In this document: one piece after another, positions 19,680 to 29,074 of the stretch | Position numbering within the stretch: the first letter of the stretch is position 1 | Layout of the letters: every line of letters begins with the position of its first letter | From: Promethearchaeota archaeon | Lineage (GTDB): Archaea; Asgardarchaeota; Lokiarchaeia; Sigyniarchaeales; SOKP01 | Assembly: GCA_048940645.1 (NCBI GenBank) | Contig: JBHLOI010000001.1 | Coordinates: 64,001-128,000, forward strand | Length of the DNA stretch: 64,000 bases | Direction: 5' to 3' | Notes under the pieces: generated by a model | What the model saw: only the letters and a program-made list of their open reading frames with translations | The model's database searches: none | What the model was told of the DNA's origin: nothing | Position numbers and translations under genes: made by a program

Positions 19680-19793
19680 TTCAATTTAACTTTTTCTTCT
19701 TTTACTTTTTTTTAACTAAATAGTTATAAACTTAATTTATAAAATTCAAAAAATTAACATAATACAGGAAATTTATTTTAAAAAGTCGATTTT

Positions 19794-21449
19794 ATGAAAT
19801 GTTTTGATTTTGATGAAAGCGTTCAAAAAATATTAAATGATTCTTTTTCTGATATTGAACCTACAAACTGGAAGAGGTGGTTAGAAGTTTCATCCAGTGA
19901 AGAGTTTGAAGAATTATGTTTAAAAAACTCTGGATTATCTTCTATAAATGAAATTTTTAAAAGGGCAACTTCTGAAATTACAGATTCAAGAAGTTTTTCT
20001 ATTAATTTGGAAAATTTTCTTTCTGATTATAACCATTCTTATACTCCAATACTGTGTCATACATCAGGAACAACTGATAGTAAGATTTCAGCTCTTAAGT
20101 GGTTCTTTATGTCAAAAAGTGTAACTCAAAAAAATTGGGCTCCAGGTATGCAAGCTATATTCGAATCAAGCGGATTAGATTCTAAAACTTCTGCTGTAAT
20201 TTTTGTTCCTTCAAGGATTAAATTAGATGGTTTACAATATTTTGAAGGACAAGCATATATTTCACTTTATTCCTCTGAATTTTCTCAAAGAGTAATGCTT
20301 TCAATCATTAAACCAAAAAATTACTCTTTTTATGAATATAAAAATTCTAAAAGTATAGATGTAATCTCTAAAATTTTAGATTTGGATGATATTCGTGTTA
20401 TTTCTGCTCCTGCTTTAACAATTTTAGGATGGGCTGATTTAGAAAAGCTTAGATTGCGATTACAAAAAGCTCTTGATGATTTACCAGATTATAAAAATCC
20501 AATATTAGAGAATCTAATTTCGATAATTAAAAAAGAAGGTATACAAAAAGCATCAAAAATTATTCAAGAAAAACTTTCAGAAAAATTGTCTAAAGCTACA
20601 ATAATATTTAGCATAAGTTCCCTTTCAGAACAGAATTGGGATTTAATAAGGAGGTTTATGAAATGGGAAAAAGGAGAAGAAAGATTTACTAATCTTTATG
20701 TAGCATCTGAGATTGGACCTTTCGCATCTAGTATCTCTAAAGAAGACTTCGAAATATCACGTCAAAATAGGCTGTATGTTTTTCCTTTGACATTACCTGT
20801 TATAGAACACCATAACAAAAAAGAATTAATTTCTCGAGCTTCAAATCAAACAGGCAAGCTATTAGTGTCAAGAATGGATGGTTCTAACGCTCTAATTAAT
20901 ATTGATTTAGGTGATATTATTACTATAAAAGAAAATTATGGATTGCCGCAAATAGACGGAAAAATCATACGATCGAGCTTTAAATTAAAATATGACCTCA
21001 AGTTATCTGAAAAATTTACTATACCTTTCGATTATAGCATTTATGCTGGTGATTTTTTCTCTCTAAACGAATTTATAATTAATCAGCCAAGGAACTTAAT
21101 TAATTGCTTAAAAATTGCTTGTAATTTGGAAGTTGATGCGTTATTATTATTAAAGAATAATAAACAGTCTTGGGATCTAGTATTTCCATCTAATATTCAA
21201 GAAAATTGTAAAAGAAAAGAAAGATTAATAGAATTAATTTCTTCATGTCCGCATCAGGAGGAACTTACTCAAGTAATTATCAATAATTTAATCAATATCG
21301 ATTTTATTGATGATCAGCCAGTTGACTTCTTAGCTACGCGATCAGAAATATTAAATAAAGTTCGTGAAGGACAAGCACCTAAAGGCATATTGAAAAAATG
21401 GCCTTTATATGTAATTATTCCTGACAGCGATGAGAATACCCTTATATAA
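19794..21449 (+). CDS. Adenylate-forming enzyme, ANL superfamily (GH3/PaaK-like)
   Basis: P-loop HTSGTT..K, YVASEIG, and IDLGDII motifs. Confidence 0.65.
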   Translation: MKCFDFDESVQKILNDSFSDIEPTNWKRWLEVSSSEEFEELCLKNSGLSSINEIFKRATSEITDSRSFSINLENFLSDYNHSYTPILCHTSGTTDSKISALKWFFMSKSVTQKNWAPGMQAIFESSGLDSKTSAVIFVPSRIKLDGLQYFEGQAYISLYSSEFSQRVMLSIIKPKNYSFYEYKNSKSIDVISKILDLDDIRVISAPALTILGWADLEKLRLRLQKALDDLPDYKNPILENLISIIKKEGIQKASKIIQEKLSEKLSKATIIFSISSLSEQNWDLIRRFMKWEKGEERFTNLYVASEIGPFASSISKEDFEISRQNRLYVFPLTLPVIEHHNKKELISRASNQTGKLLVSRMDGSNALINIDLGDIITIKENYGLPQIDGKIIRSSFKLKYDLKLSEKFTIPFDYSIYAGDFFSLNEFIINQPRNLINCLKIACNLEVDALLLLKNNKQSWDLVFPSNIQENCKRKERLIELISSCPHQEELTQVIINNLINIDFIDDQPVDFLATRSEILNKVREGQAPKGILKKWPLYVIIPDSDENTLI

Positions 21450-21471
21450 GAAAAAGAAGGAAAAAATGAAT

Positions 21472-21873
21472 TTATTGCCAAACGGCTAGAATTAAACCTG
21501 CGATTATGAATCCAATCAAGTAAAACCCATATTCTAATAGAAAAAGCTTTACTCCTCTATCATTAAAATTATTTTGGTTAATTCCTATAGTTGCAACAAA
21601 TCCTACCCATAAAAGGAAACTTATTATTAAAGCTGATAAAATATCATTCATACCAGTGAGATCAATGATAACCTCAATCATTAGAACTGACACAAAACTC
21701 GTTGGAATCATTATAATAGTATCTCTAATAATTTTTGATTTGGGTTCACTCTCTTTACCAACTAATTTGAGCCATATGTTTCCAAACACAAATGGAAAAT
21801 ACCAGAAAAAGTGAATCAGAAAATAAATAATTGCAACCACGATAACAGCTAACCAATTAATCATCAAAGCCAT
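21472..21873 (-). CDS. DUF1761-family membrane protein
   Basis: INWLAVIV...FWY...FG..W. Confidence 0.75.
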   Translation of the reverse strand: MALMINWLAVIVVAIIYFLIHFFWYFPFVFGNIWLKLVGKESEPKSKIIRDTIIMIPTSFVSVLMIEVIIDLTGMNDILSALIISFLLWVGFVATIGINQNNFNDRGVKLFLLEYGFYLIGFIIAGLILAVWQ

Positions 21874-21977
21874 TTATTTTCACTTTTTAAATTATAATTT
21901 GTAATTAAAAGGAATATAAATGAACGATATTTATTTCTTATTTGTTTAAATTATAAATTACAATAAGTGGATTACAC

Positions 21978-22451
21978 ATGAAAGATAAATTTAATTTAGT
22001 GGGAACAAAAATAAAACCATTTAAATTACCAAACTCGAGAGGCGAAAGTAATAGCATTCAGGACTTTTTAGGTCATAGTGTAGTAATTGTTTTGTTCCGG
22101 AGTAAAAATTGACCCTATGCTAAAGCCCATGCAGGAAAACTCGGTGATGATTACGATAAATTCAAAGAATATAATGCAATATTATACACAATCTTACCAA
22201 ATGATCTTGAAAGTGCTAGGAATTTTGAAGCCAATTTTGCCAAAAAAAAATTTCCAATTTATTATGATGCCACAAAAAAGGTAAATAAAATGTTAAAACA
22301 GGAAGTAAAACCTTTAAAACTGGGTAGAATGCCAGCACTTCTCATAATCGACGAACAAGGGATTATTAGATATGCATATTACAGTGATTCGATGAGTGAT
22401 ATACCAGACAATGAGGAAATTTTTGAAGTTCTCAAAAGTTTTAGTAAATAA
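21978..22451 (+). CDS. Peroxiredoxin-like (AhpC/TSA, thioredoxin fold) protein with in-frame TGA at 22110-22112, probable selenocysteine
   Basis: Manual translation: MKDKFNLVGTKIKPFKLPNSRG...VVIVLFRSKN-U-PYAKAHAG...FPIYYD...MPALLIIDEQGIIRYAYYS...DIPDNEEI...*, 157 aa; the full-length ORF is absent from the ORF track. Confidence 0.8.
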
Positions 22452-22454
22452 ATC

Positions 22455-22527
22455 TGATTTGGTTCGAATAATATATGAAAAATGATTGAATTTTATTCGA
22501 TTAAGTTAGCCACACTTTACCAAATCA
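22455..22527 (+). other. 3'-UTR hairpin downstream of the Sec-candidate gene (candidate SECIS-type element)
   Basis: TGATTTGGT/ACCAAATCA outer stem, TCGAATAA/TTATTCGA inner stem, loop containing ATGA-AAAA-TGA. Confidence 0.35.
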
Positions 22528-22571
22528 ATCTATTTTTATTTATTTATATTTTGTCTTAGATGAATTACGGA

Positions 22572-24713
22572 TTAATATTTAAATTTTCTTCTGATGGGAA
22601 TCATGGAAATGAAACTTGCTATCGCAAGTAAAATGAATAGACTATTAATTATAATAATCGGAGCACTAATTTCTTTTATAACTGTAACCTCGGCAAAAGC
22701 AACATTACCTGCTTTATCTAATACATAAAATAAGATATTAATTGGACCATTTCCATATTTATTCCATTCAGTTTGGTCTATTGTTCCAGTGTTACTGAAT
22801 AATGGGATATTGGTTAATCCGTTATCTAATGTATACCATATTGAATCTAAATTCGATTCGATTATTGTAATTTCAAATATAGGAGGTTTATTTCCAAATA
22901 CTTCATTTTCATTAGGAGAAATAATAGTAACGGTTGGATTAATTAGATCTTTTATAACTGTTACTTCAGCAAAAGCAACATTACCTGCTTTATCTAATAC
23001 GTAAAATCTAAGATTGATTGTCCCATTACCATATTTATTCCATTCTGATTGGTCAATAATTCCATTAAGTAAACTATTTGATATATTCGTTATTCCATCA
23101 TCTAAAGTGTACCACATTAAATCAATATTAGATTCTATTACAGTGATATCAAATTCAGGAGATGTTTTACCGAACAATTCATTTTCAAGTGGAGAATTTA
23201 TTGTAATGAGTGGTTCTATTGTGTCTTTATTAATAGTAATTTCAGAATAACTTGAATTTCCCAATGTGTCATTAATATAAACTCGAAGATTCAGAGGGCC
23301 ATCCTCTTTTTTATCCCATTCTATTTGATCTATAGTTCCTGTTAGCCCTGAGAAAGTAATATTAGTAATTCCTCCATCAATAGTATACCAAGTAGTATCT
23401 ATTGAAGTTCCATAAATTGATATATCAAAATCGGGTGCAACATTACCAAAAACATCATTTTGAACAGGAGAATTTATCATAATTGTTGGCGTTAGCAAGC
23501 TTTTAACAACCAGCTCATATGGATATGGTTGATCATTGACATTAGGATCAAAATCGGAAGGAAGTCTCCTATACATAAGATATTGTCCATCAGGGGAATA
23601 AATTGGAAACTCATCGTTATATGGACCTATTTCTGTTAGTGGGACAATGCCAGTGCCATTCGTTTTTATCCTAAATAAATGCATATTGCCATCTAAACGG
23701 TTACTTGCCATTATCAGCTCCTTCCCATCGATAGGATTGTAATTCCACCGTCTGTTAAAGTATACATCATCAATAACTGTTCTTTCATTGCTCCCATCTA
23801 TATTAATTGCATATATACTCCCATTACTATGCCATATAACTGTATTTCCATCCGCTAATACTAGGGTCTGAGTTCTCTTCGAAAAAGATTTAATTGTATT
23901 CCGCTCTGAACCGTCTACATTGCATACCCTGAGAGTGGTAGGATTATTCCAATATGTTGCATGCCCCCATAAAAGCTTACTACCATTTGGGGCCATTCCT
24001 AATGTAAATGAATAATCGGGATAGGATCTGTCTTGCCAATTATCGGTACCGTCATCATTACAAACATATGATCTGTACCATCCATTACCGTTATGAGCAG
24101 AAAAATATACTAGATTTGTTCCTGGAATAAACATTCCAGTGTATACCGTTCCTTCATTTATCCATAAAGGATTCGATGATGTTGTTCTTATTCCATTAGT
24201 ATGAGTAAACGTAACCTGAGTGAGAGAGGTTCCATCAAATCTTATTTTCCAGAGTTCTCTCCTTCCATAGTACGAACTTGCGCTAGCTTCCTCAAATCTT
24301 ATTGAGAAAAGAATCCAATTATCTTTCCAATCATATAGACTATTATAAGCTGCCCCAGTATATATCAGTTGGTGGTTCGTGAGTTGTGCGCTGTTAGGAT
24401 TTTTGTCGGCAACCCAGAGTTCACAGTTCCATACCTGTTGATTTTGAGATTTTATATATGCTACTTTGGTTCCATCTGGTGACCAAATATGATCAGAAAT
24501 AGTCTCCCCAATTATGTATTCATTTGATCCCTTTACTTCTAAATTAGGATGAGTGCTAATATTTAGATTTCCTTGATCATTACTAAAGTCTATAATAAAA
24601 ATAAAGGAGAATCCTAAAATGATGCCTAAAATAGAAGAAATTATCTTCTTTTTTTGGTTAATTTTTCTCAATTTGGTTTGTTGAAAAATATGGATTATAA
24701 TATATTTTGTCAA
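22572..24713 (-). CDS. Cell-surface protein: TolB-like beta-propeller + three ~92-aa Ig-like repeats + C-terminal TM anchor
   Basis: WSPDG/YSPDG PD40 repeats; 3x P.I.I.SP..N..FG...P.F.I...WYT.D.G.TN..GN; hydrophobic tail + RRKFK. Confidence 0.85.
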   Translation of the reverse strand: MTKYIIIHIFQQTKLRKINQKKKIISSILGIILGFSFIFIIDFSNDQGNLNISTHPNLEVKGSNEYIIGETISDHIWSPDGTKVAYIKSQNQQVWNCELWVADKNPNSAQLTNHQLIYTGAAYNSLYDWKDNWILFSIRFEEASASSYYGRRELWKIRFDGTSLTQVTFTHTNGIRTTSSNPLWINEGTVYTGMFIPGTNLVYFSAHNGNGWYRSYVCNDDGTDNWQDRSYPDYSFTLGMAPNGSKLLWGHATYWNNPTTLRVCNVDGSERNTIKSFSKRTQTLVLADGNTVIWHSNGSIYAINIDGSNERTVIDDVYFNRRWNYNPIDGKELIMASNRLDGNMHLFRIKTNGTGIVPLTEIGPYNDEFPIYSPDGQYLMYRRLPSDFDPNVNDQPYPYELVVKSLLTPTIMINSPVQNDVFGNVAPDFDISIYGTSIDTTWYTIDGGITNITFSGLTGTIDQIEWDKKEDGPLNLRVYINDTLGNSSYSEITINKDTIEPLITINSPLENELFGKTSPEFDITVIESNIDLMWYTLDDGITNISNSLLNGIIDQSEWNKYGNGTINLRFYVLDKAGNVAFAEVTVIKDLINPTVTIISPNENEVFGNKPPIFEITIIESNLDSIWYTLDNGLTNIPLFSNTGTIDQTEWNKYGNGPINILFYVLDKAGNVAFAEVTVIKEISAPIIIINSLFILLAIASFISMIPIRRKFKY

Positions 24714-24809
24714 GTTAATATTTAAATTTACTTTCAGAAATAAAAAAGATTAGAGATTAGGAATTTCCTCTTGATGAGAAGTTGACTAAATATAACTATT
24801 TTTAATTTT

Positions 24810-25331
24810 TTAAGTGGATTTTAACCCTATTGACGGTCCTACTTGTATGAATTTATATATAAGTTGACCTTCCCCATTAAATACATCCCAACCTTTATTA
24901 CTTTCAAAACCATGTGCAGATAAAAAATTTGTTGAAAATTTGCTCCTTGCAGACTGTACCATTTGATTAATAACCTCTATTTTCATTTCTTTATTTTCAA
25001 CTAATTCCAATTTACCCTGCATTGAAATAAAATAATAACTGCTAAGATCTGGTTCAAATTTTTCTATTGAAATGCAAACATTAGGGTTATTTGAAAGAAT
25101 TTCCTTCTTTTTGCCATAATCAGTAAAATGAAAATATAAAATATCATCAATAAAAGCGTATTGGAAAGGTGAAATATATGGATATTCATTATCTATGAAA
25201 GCAATTCTACATAAATTTTGAGAATTGATTGCTTCTTTTATCTCTCGTTCATTCATTTTTGGTAATTTAATAATTCTAATACTTAACACCAATTTGATTT
25301 TAATGGGATAAAAAACGTGGATCATATTCAA
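24810..25331 (-). CDS. Pyridoxamine 5'-phosphate oxidase/NimA-like flavin-binding protein
   Basis: LCRIAF...YPYISP..Y...LYFH...GKK......NPNVC; true start lies downstream of the uvsE stop. Confidence 0.8.
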   Translation of the reverse strand: MNMIHVFYPIKIKLVLSIRIIKLPKMNEREIKEAINSQNLCRIAFIDNEYPYISPFQYAFIDDILYFHFTDYGKKKEILSNNPNVCISIEKFEPDLSSYYFISMQGKLELVENKEMKIEVINQMVQSARSKFSTNFLSAHGFESNKGWDVFNGEGQLIYKFIQVGPSIGLKST

Positions 25332-26196
25332 GAATTTTTTTTGCTTTTAAAGCACTCCGTTCTTTATCTTTTATTTCTAACATAAGGTCAAAATCATAAT
25401 TTTTTGTTTTATTAATAAAGGTTTTAAAATGCTCGATTTGAATATTATCAGCATGACTTGGATGTCCTTTTATTTTATGTTGAGAGCTATAGTGTACGAT
25501 AGGCAAGCCATCTCGTTTATTCCATGTTTGTGTGAATTTGCTGAATACATCTTCAAAAATCTCACCTGTATTTAAACATTCATGATGATAAACATCAAAA
25601 ACAATAGGAATAAAAATTTCTTCATAAATTTCTAGACAATCTGCTAAATTAAAACTTTTATCATCATTTTCAATAACATATCGATTTTTAATTTTAGCTG
25701 AAAGCTTATTATATCTCTCAATAAATCTTTCTTTACTTCCCTTTTTATCGCCATAAATCCCCCCAATATGGGTCATAATTTTAGCTGTACAATCTAAATT
25801 CATTAAATCTAAAACATCAACATGATATTCCAACTCCTTTATACTTTTCTTAACAACCTTATCGTTTTTAGAATTTAGTACCGTATATTGGCCAGGATGC
25901 ATAGAGATTCTCATATTATACTTCATAATAAATTTCCCTATTTCATTAAACTTTTCTTTGAAGTAATCTTGCCATTCAAATTTCATAATAGGATGAGATG
26001 CAAATGGTATTAAATCAGATGTAAGTCTAAAGAAAAAAATTTTGTTATTTTTATTATATTCAAGAATCTGTTGTAAACAGTTTAAATTTCCATTTACAGT
26101 TTCAATAAATCTTTCTTCGGAATAATTTTTCAAACGAAAAGTTCTACTACTTTTGCATGCTAATGTAAGGTTTATGCAAGGATAACCTATCTTCAT
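25300..26196 (-). CDS. uvsE: UV DNA damage endonuclease
   Basis: MKIGYPCIN, FFRLTSDLIPFASH, RISMHPGQY, IENDDK, VFDVYHH, HYS, HAD, MLEIKDKE. Confidence 0.95.
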   Translation of the reverse strand: MKIGYPCINLTLACKSSRTFRLKNYSEERFIETVNGNLNCLQQILEYNKNNKIFFFRLTSDLIPFASHPIMKFEWQDYFKEKFNEIGKFIMKYNMRISMHPGQYTVLNSKNDKVVKKSIKELEYHVDVLDLMNLDCTAKIMTHIGGIYGDKKGSKERFIERYNKLSAKIKNRYVIENDDKSFNLADCLEIYEEIFIPIVFDVYHHECLNTGEIFEDVFSKFTQTWNKRDGLPIVHYSSQHKIKGHPSHADNIQIEHFKTFINKTKNYDFDLMLEIKDKERSALKAKKILEYDPRFLSH

Positions 26197-26247
26197 TATA
26201 TCTCGATCTTAAAATTAAATAATTAAAATAGAAATTCTTTAATTCAT

Positions 26248-27090
26248 TCACACTTTTTTATCTTTTCGCCTTGTATAGAGTTCTTCATATTTCTTTCGTA
26301 ATTCCTCTATATCTTGCTCTTGTTCACTTATTATCTCTTCCAATCCATCTTCAAAGAACACATCTTCCTTATATTTTTTTGCCGGTGCGCCGAGATAAAC
26401 CCAACCTTCTTCTAATTCTTGACCAATGGTTGTGAGAGAACTAGCAGCAAGAACTGAATTCTTCTTCATATATGTTCCTGGCATTACAACTGAATGAGCA
26501 CCAATTCTAACATTATCTTCTATTATTGTTTTTCTAATTATAAAGAGATTTCCGATAATGACTGTAGATTGAATAACGCTAGCTTGGCCAACTACAATAT
26601 TCCTTCCAAAATCAATGAATTCAGTATCAACCCAGCCTTCAAATAGTGAGTTTGAAAATTTTGTTTTAACCCCAAACAATTTAAAGCAAATGTTATCTAA
26701 GAAAGGTAGGGGGAATTTATGTGCCATCCATGCGGGCCACTTTTTAATTGTATTTCTAATACTCCAATATCTATAGTCCTTATCGGATGGGTCTCTAAGG
26801 AAGATTCCTTCCCTTGGTTTGTGAAAGATATTCACAATAATGAGTAGAATTTTAGTAAAAAACAGAGATACAAATACTAAAGAGAGATATATTACAAATA
26901 TCAAAGCGGGAAGGAAAATTATGAAATGGATAAATTTACTGTTATATAAGAAGTTCCAATACCACCAAAATTCAAATTGGATAATAAAAATACTGATCCA
27001 AATCTGGAATATATAAAAAAGCAAATATTTTTTTTTTACTAATACATTAGATGTAAACGGCCCAGCTTTAAGATATGCAGGAACAGACAT
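26248..27090 (-). CDS. TM+LbH module, type C (paralog of 14525..15466)
   Basis: MSVP..GPF, HKPREG.FLR.PSDKDYRYWSIR, FGVKTKFSNSLFEGW.DTEF. Confidence 0.8.
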   Translation of the reverse strand: MSVPAYLKAGPFTSNVLVKKKYLLFYIFQIWISIFIIQFEFWWYWNFLYNSKFIHFIIFLPALIFVIYLSLVFVSLFFTKILLIIVNIFHKPREGIFLRDPSDKDYRYWSIRNTIKKWPAWMAHKFPLPFLDNICFKLFGVKTKFSNSLFEGWVDTEFIDFGRNIVVGQASVIQSTVIIGNLFIIRKTIIEDNVRIGAHSVVMPGTYMKKNSVLAASSLTTIGQELEEGWVYLGAPAKKYKEDVFFEDGLEEIISEQEQDIEELRKKYEELYTRRKDKKV

Positions 27091-27995
27091 TATAATTCTT
27101 CCTCCTTATTGTTATTTACTAGTTCTTTCTTATCATCGTCTATATTAACCTCATGTTTAATTTCATATGTAATTTCTTCTTCAACATCCTTGATAGTTAT
27201 TTTATCACGTCTTTGTTCTGCATATTTATTTGGTTTATATTTCATGGCAGGGAGACCAACATATATCCAGCCTGGCTCAATAAAATGGTTAAAATTTGTA
27301 TTAGTAAATGCACCCGTTACCGATTCGGCTCCCAAAAATGTACCTGGTGCTATATTAGAAACACCTCCAGCAACGGTATAATCTCCAAATATGACCTTTT
27401 TTATTATTAAATATTTCCCAACAACCATTGAACTCATCACTACGCAACCTTGACCAATCGTAACATTTCTTCCAAAATCAATGAAATCAGTATCTACCCA
27501 TGCATCTTGAAGGTGGCTTGAGAAATCTATTTTAACTCCAAACCATCTAAATCCCCACATAACAATCCAAGGTAATGGGCTATTATTCATAAGCCATAAT
27601 GCCAACTTCTTTAATTCGACTCGTAGTCTCCAAAACTCAAAATCTTTATCTCCTTTTTCCGCCCTAAAAACACCTTGCCGAGGTTTATGTACCATATTAA
27701 CGATTAATAGAAATGCCTTGCTAAAAATAGCAACTCCAAAGATAAATATAAAATATAAAATAAATAACCAAAATGGTAGTAGAAACATAGTTATAATCCA
27801 ATTGTCAATAAGAGTAGCTACATCAAAAAAAACAGCAACTGCCATATATCCACTAACCCATAGAATTGGAATATATATAGCTAGAAATTTGATGCTAATT
27901 CTGCTAATAGCACTACTAGTTATAAAATCTATAGTATAGTCCTTCTTATTAACTTGAAGATCTTTGCTTTTTTCTGTTGGATTGCTACTAGTCAT
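27090..27995 (-). CDS. TM+LbH module, type B (stand-alone)
   Basis: DF.TSSAISRI.IKFL, DFEFW.LR.ELKK, MSSMVVGKYL; equals the C-terminal half of the AB fusions. Confidence 0.8.
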   Translation of the reverse strand: MTSSNPTEKSKDLQVNKKDYTIDFITSSAISRISIKFLAIYIPILWVSGYMAVAVFFDVATLIDNWIITMFLLPFWLFILYFIFIFGVAIFSKAFLLIVNMVHKPRQGVFRAEKGDKDFEFWRLRVELKKLALWLMNNSPLPWIVMWGFRWFGVKIDFSSHLQDAWVDTDFIDFGRNVTIGQGCVVMSSMVVGKYLIIKKVIFGDYTVAGGVSNIAPGTFLGAESVTGAFTNTNFNHFIEPGWIYVGLPAMKYKPNKYAEQRRDKITIKDVEEEITYEIKHEVNIDDDKKELVNNNKEEEL

Positions 27996-28890
27996 TTACT
28001 CTCCCTCTTTGTTTTGAATTTTTCTCAATTTTTTTAATTTTAAGCTTTTCTGCTCTCTCAAGATCTTTTTCAGACACTTTTAAGTAATCCATCAATCGTT
28101 TTTTAAAAATCCGTCTTAATGGTGCTCCAAAATAGTAATTATTACCTTTTAAGAAGTTATGTTTAGTTGCACCTGTTATAGGTAAAAACCAAGAATTATC
28201 ATTTACTTCACTACCAGGGCCAATACAATTGAAAGCCGCTGTAGTGACATTATTTCCAATCTTTACTTTAAAATAAGTTATATTTCCAAAAATTCCTTCA
28301 ACAGCATGGGAACTGAAAGCGCCATTTACCCCAAAATAACAATTATTTCCTATTGAAATATATCTATCTGCACCAACATTCTCTTCGAGGGTTGTTCCCT
28401 TTCCTATCCAATTAGCTCCTATGAAATTATAAAGCCAATTTATTAGCCATGGAAAAGGTCCTCTTATAACAGCGTTTTTCGGATATTTAATTACAAAACT
28501 ACGTATATGATAGAAATTTAAAGTTTTACTGGGAACATTTCGAGGGATTATACCATCTTTGGATGGTGATATTTTTTCAGTGGTCCTCCAAATCCATCTT
28601 GTAATCAGCCCTACAAACAAAATATGAATTAAATAACATGACACTATTATTAAAGGCATAAAAATTGAAGCTAAAAGAGGTTCTAATTGTGTGAAGAGTA
28701 ATATAAAATTGCTGATATCTAAAAAATTTGGTAAATAAAAAAGCATGACATATACCATAAATATAATCGCGGGGATTAGAAAAGACCCGAAATAAATAAT
28801 GAAAAATAAAAATAAATACCAATGAAACTGTAAATTGATTTCTTCTTTTATGATTTCGTTATTGGTACTACTTTCAGATGAATTTTCCAT
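27988..28890 (-). CDS. TM+LbH module, type A (stand-alone)
   Basis: SPSKDGIIPRN, IGKGTT.EE.VG, GVN...SSH..GIFGNI; equals the N-terminal half of the AB fusions. Confidence 0.8.
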   Translation of the reverse strand: MENSSESSTNNEIIKEEINLQFHWYLFLFFIIYFGSFLIPAIIFMVYVMLFYLPNFLDISNFILLFTQLEPLLASIFMPLIIVSCYLIHILFVGLITRWIWRTTEKISPSKDGIIPRNVPSKTLNFYHIRSFVIKYPKNAVIRGPFPWLINWLYNFIGANWIGKGTTLEENVGADRYISIGNNCYFGVNGAFSSHAVEGIFGNITYFKVKIGNNVTTAAFNCIGPGSEVNDNSWFLPITGATKHNFLKGNNYYFGAPLRRIFKKRLMDYLKVSEKDLERAEKLKIKKIEKNSKQRGRVND

Positions 28891-29074
28891 CTTCTATTTC
28901 ATTAATGCTTATTTAGTTAAAATGTAATAAGTAGAATTACTTTTGTTATTTTCAGTGGTTCTTTAATTATTATGACTATTGAATTTAAAGATTATCAAAC
29001 ACTTGATTTTAGGAATAATATAAATATAAAAAATAAAAGTTTAAATATTATTTTTTATTAATTTTTAAAATTCA

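Noticed and set aside
22087-22284. 65-aa ORF from the track
   Set aside because: Out-of-frame shadow of the TGA-containing peroxiredoxin-like gene
25257-25299. Another ATT start (GGTG-N6-ATT, IRIIKLPKM) for the PNPOx-like gene
   Set aside because: In-frame TTG, GTG and ATG are close by, so a non-canonical start is not required
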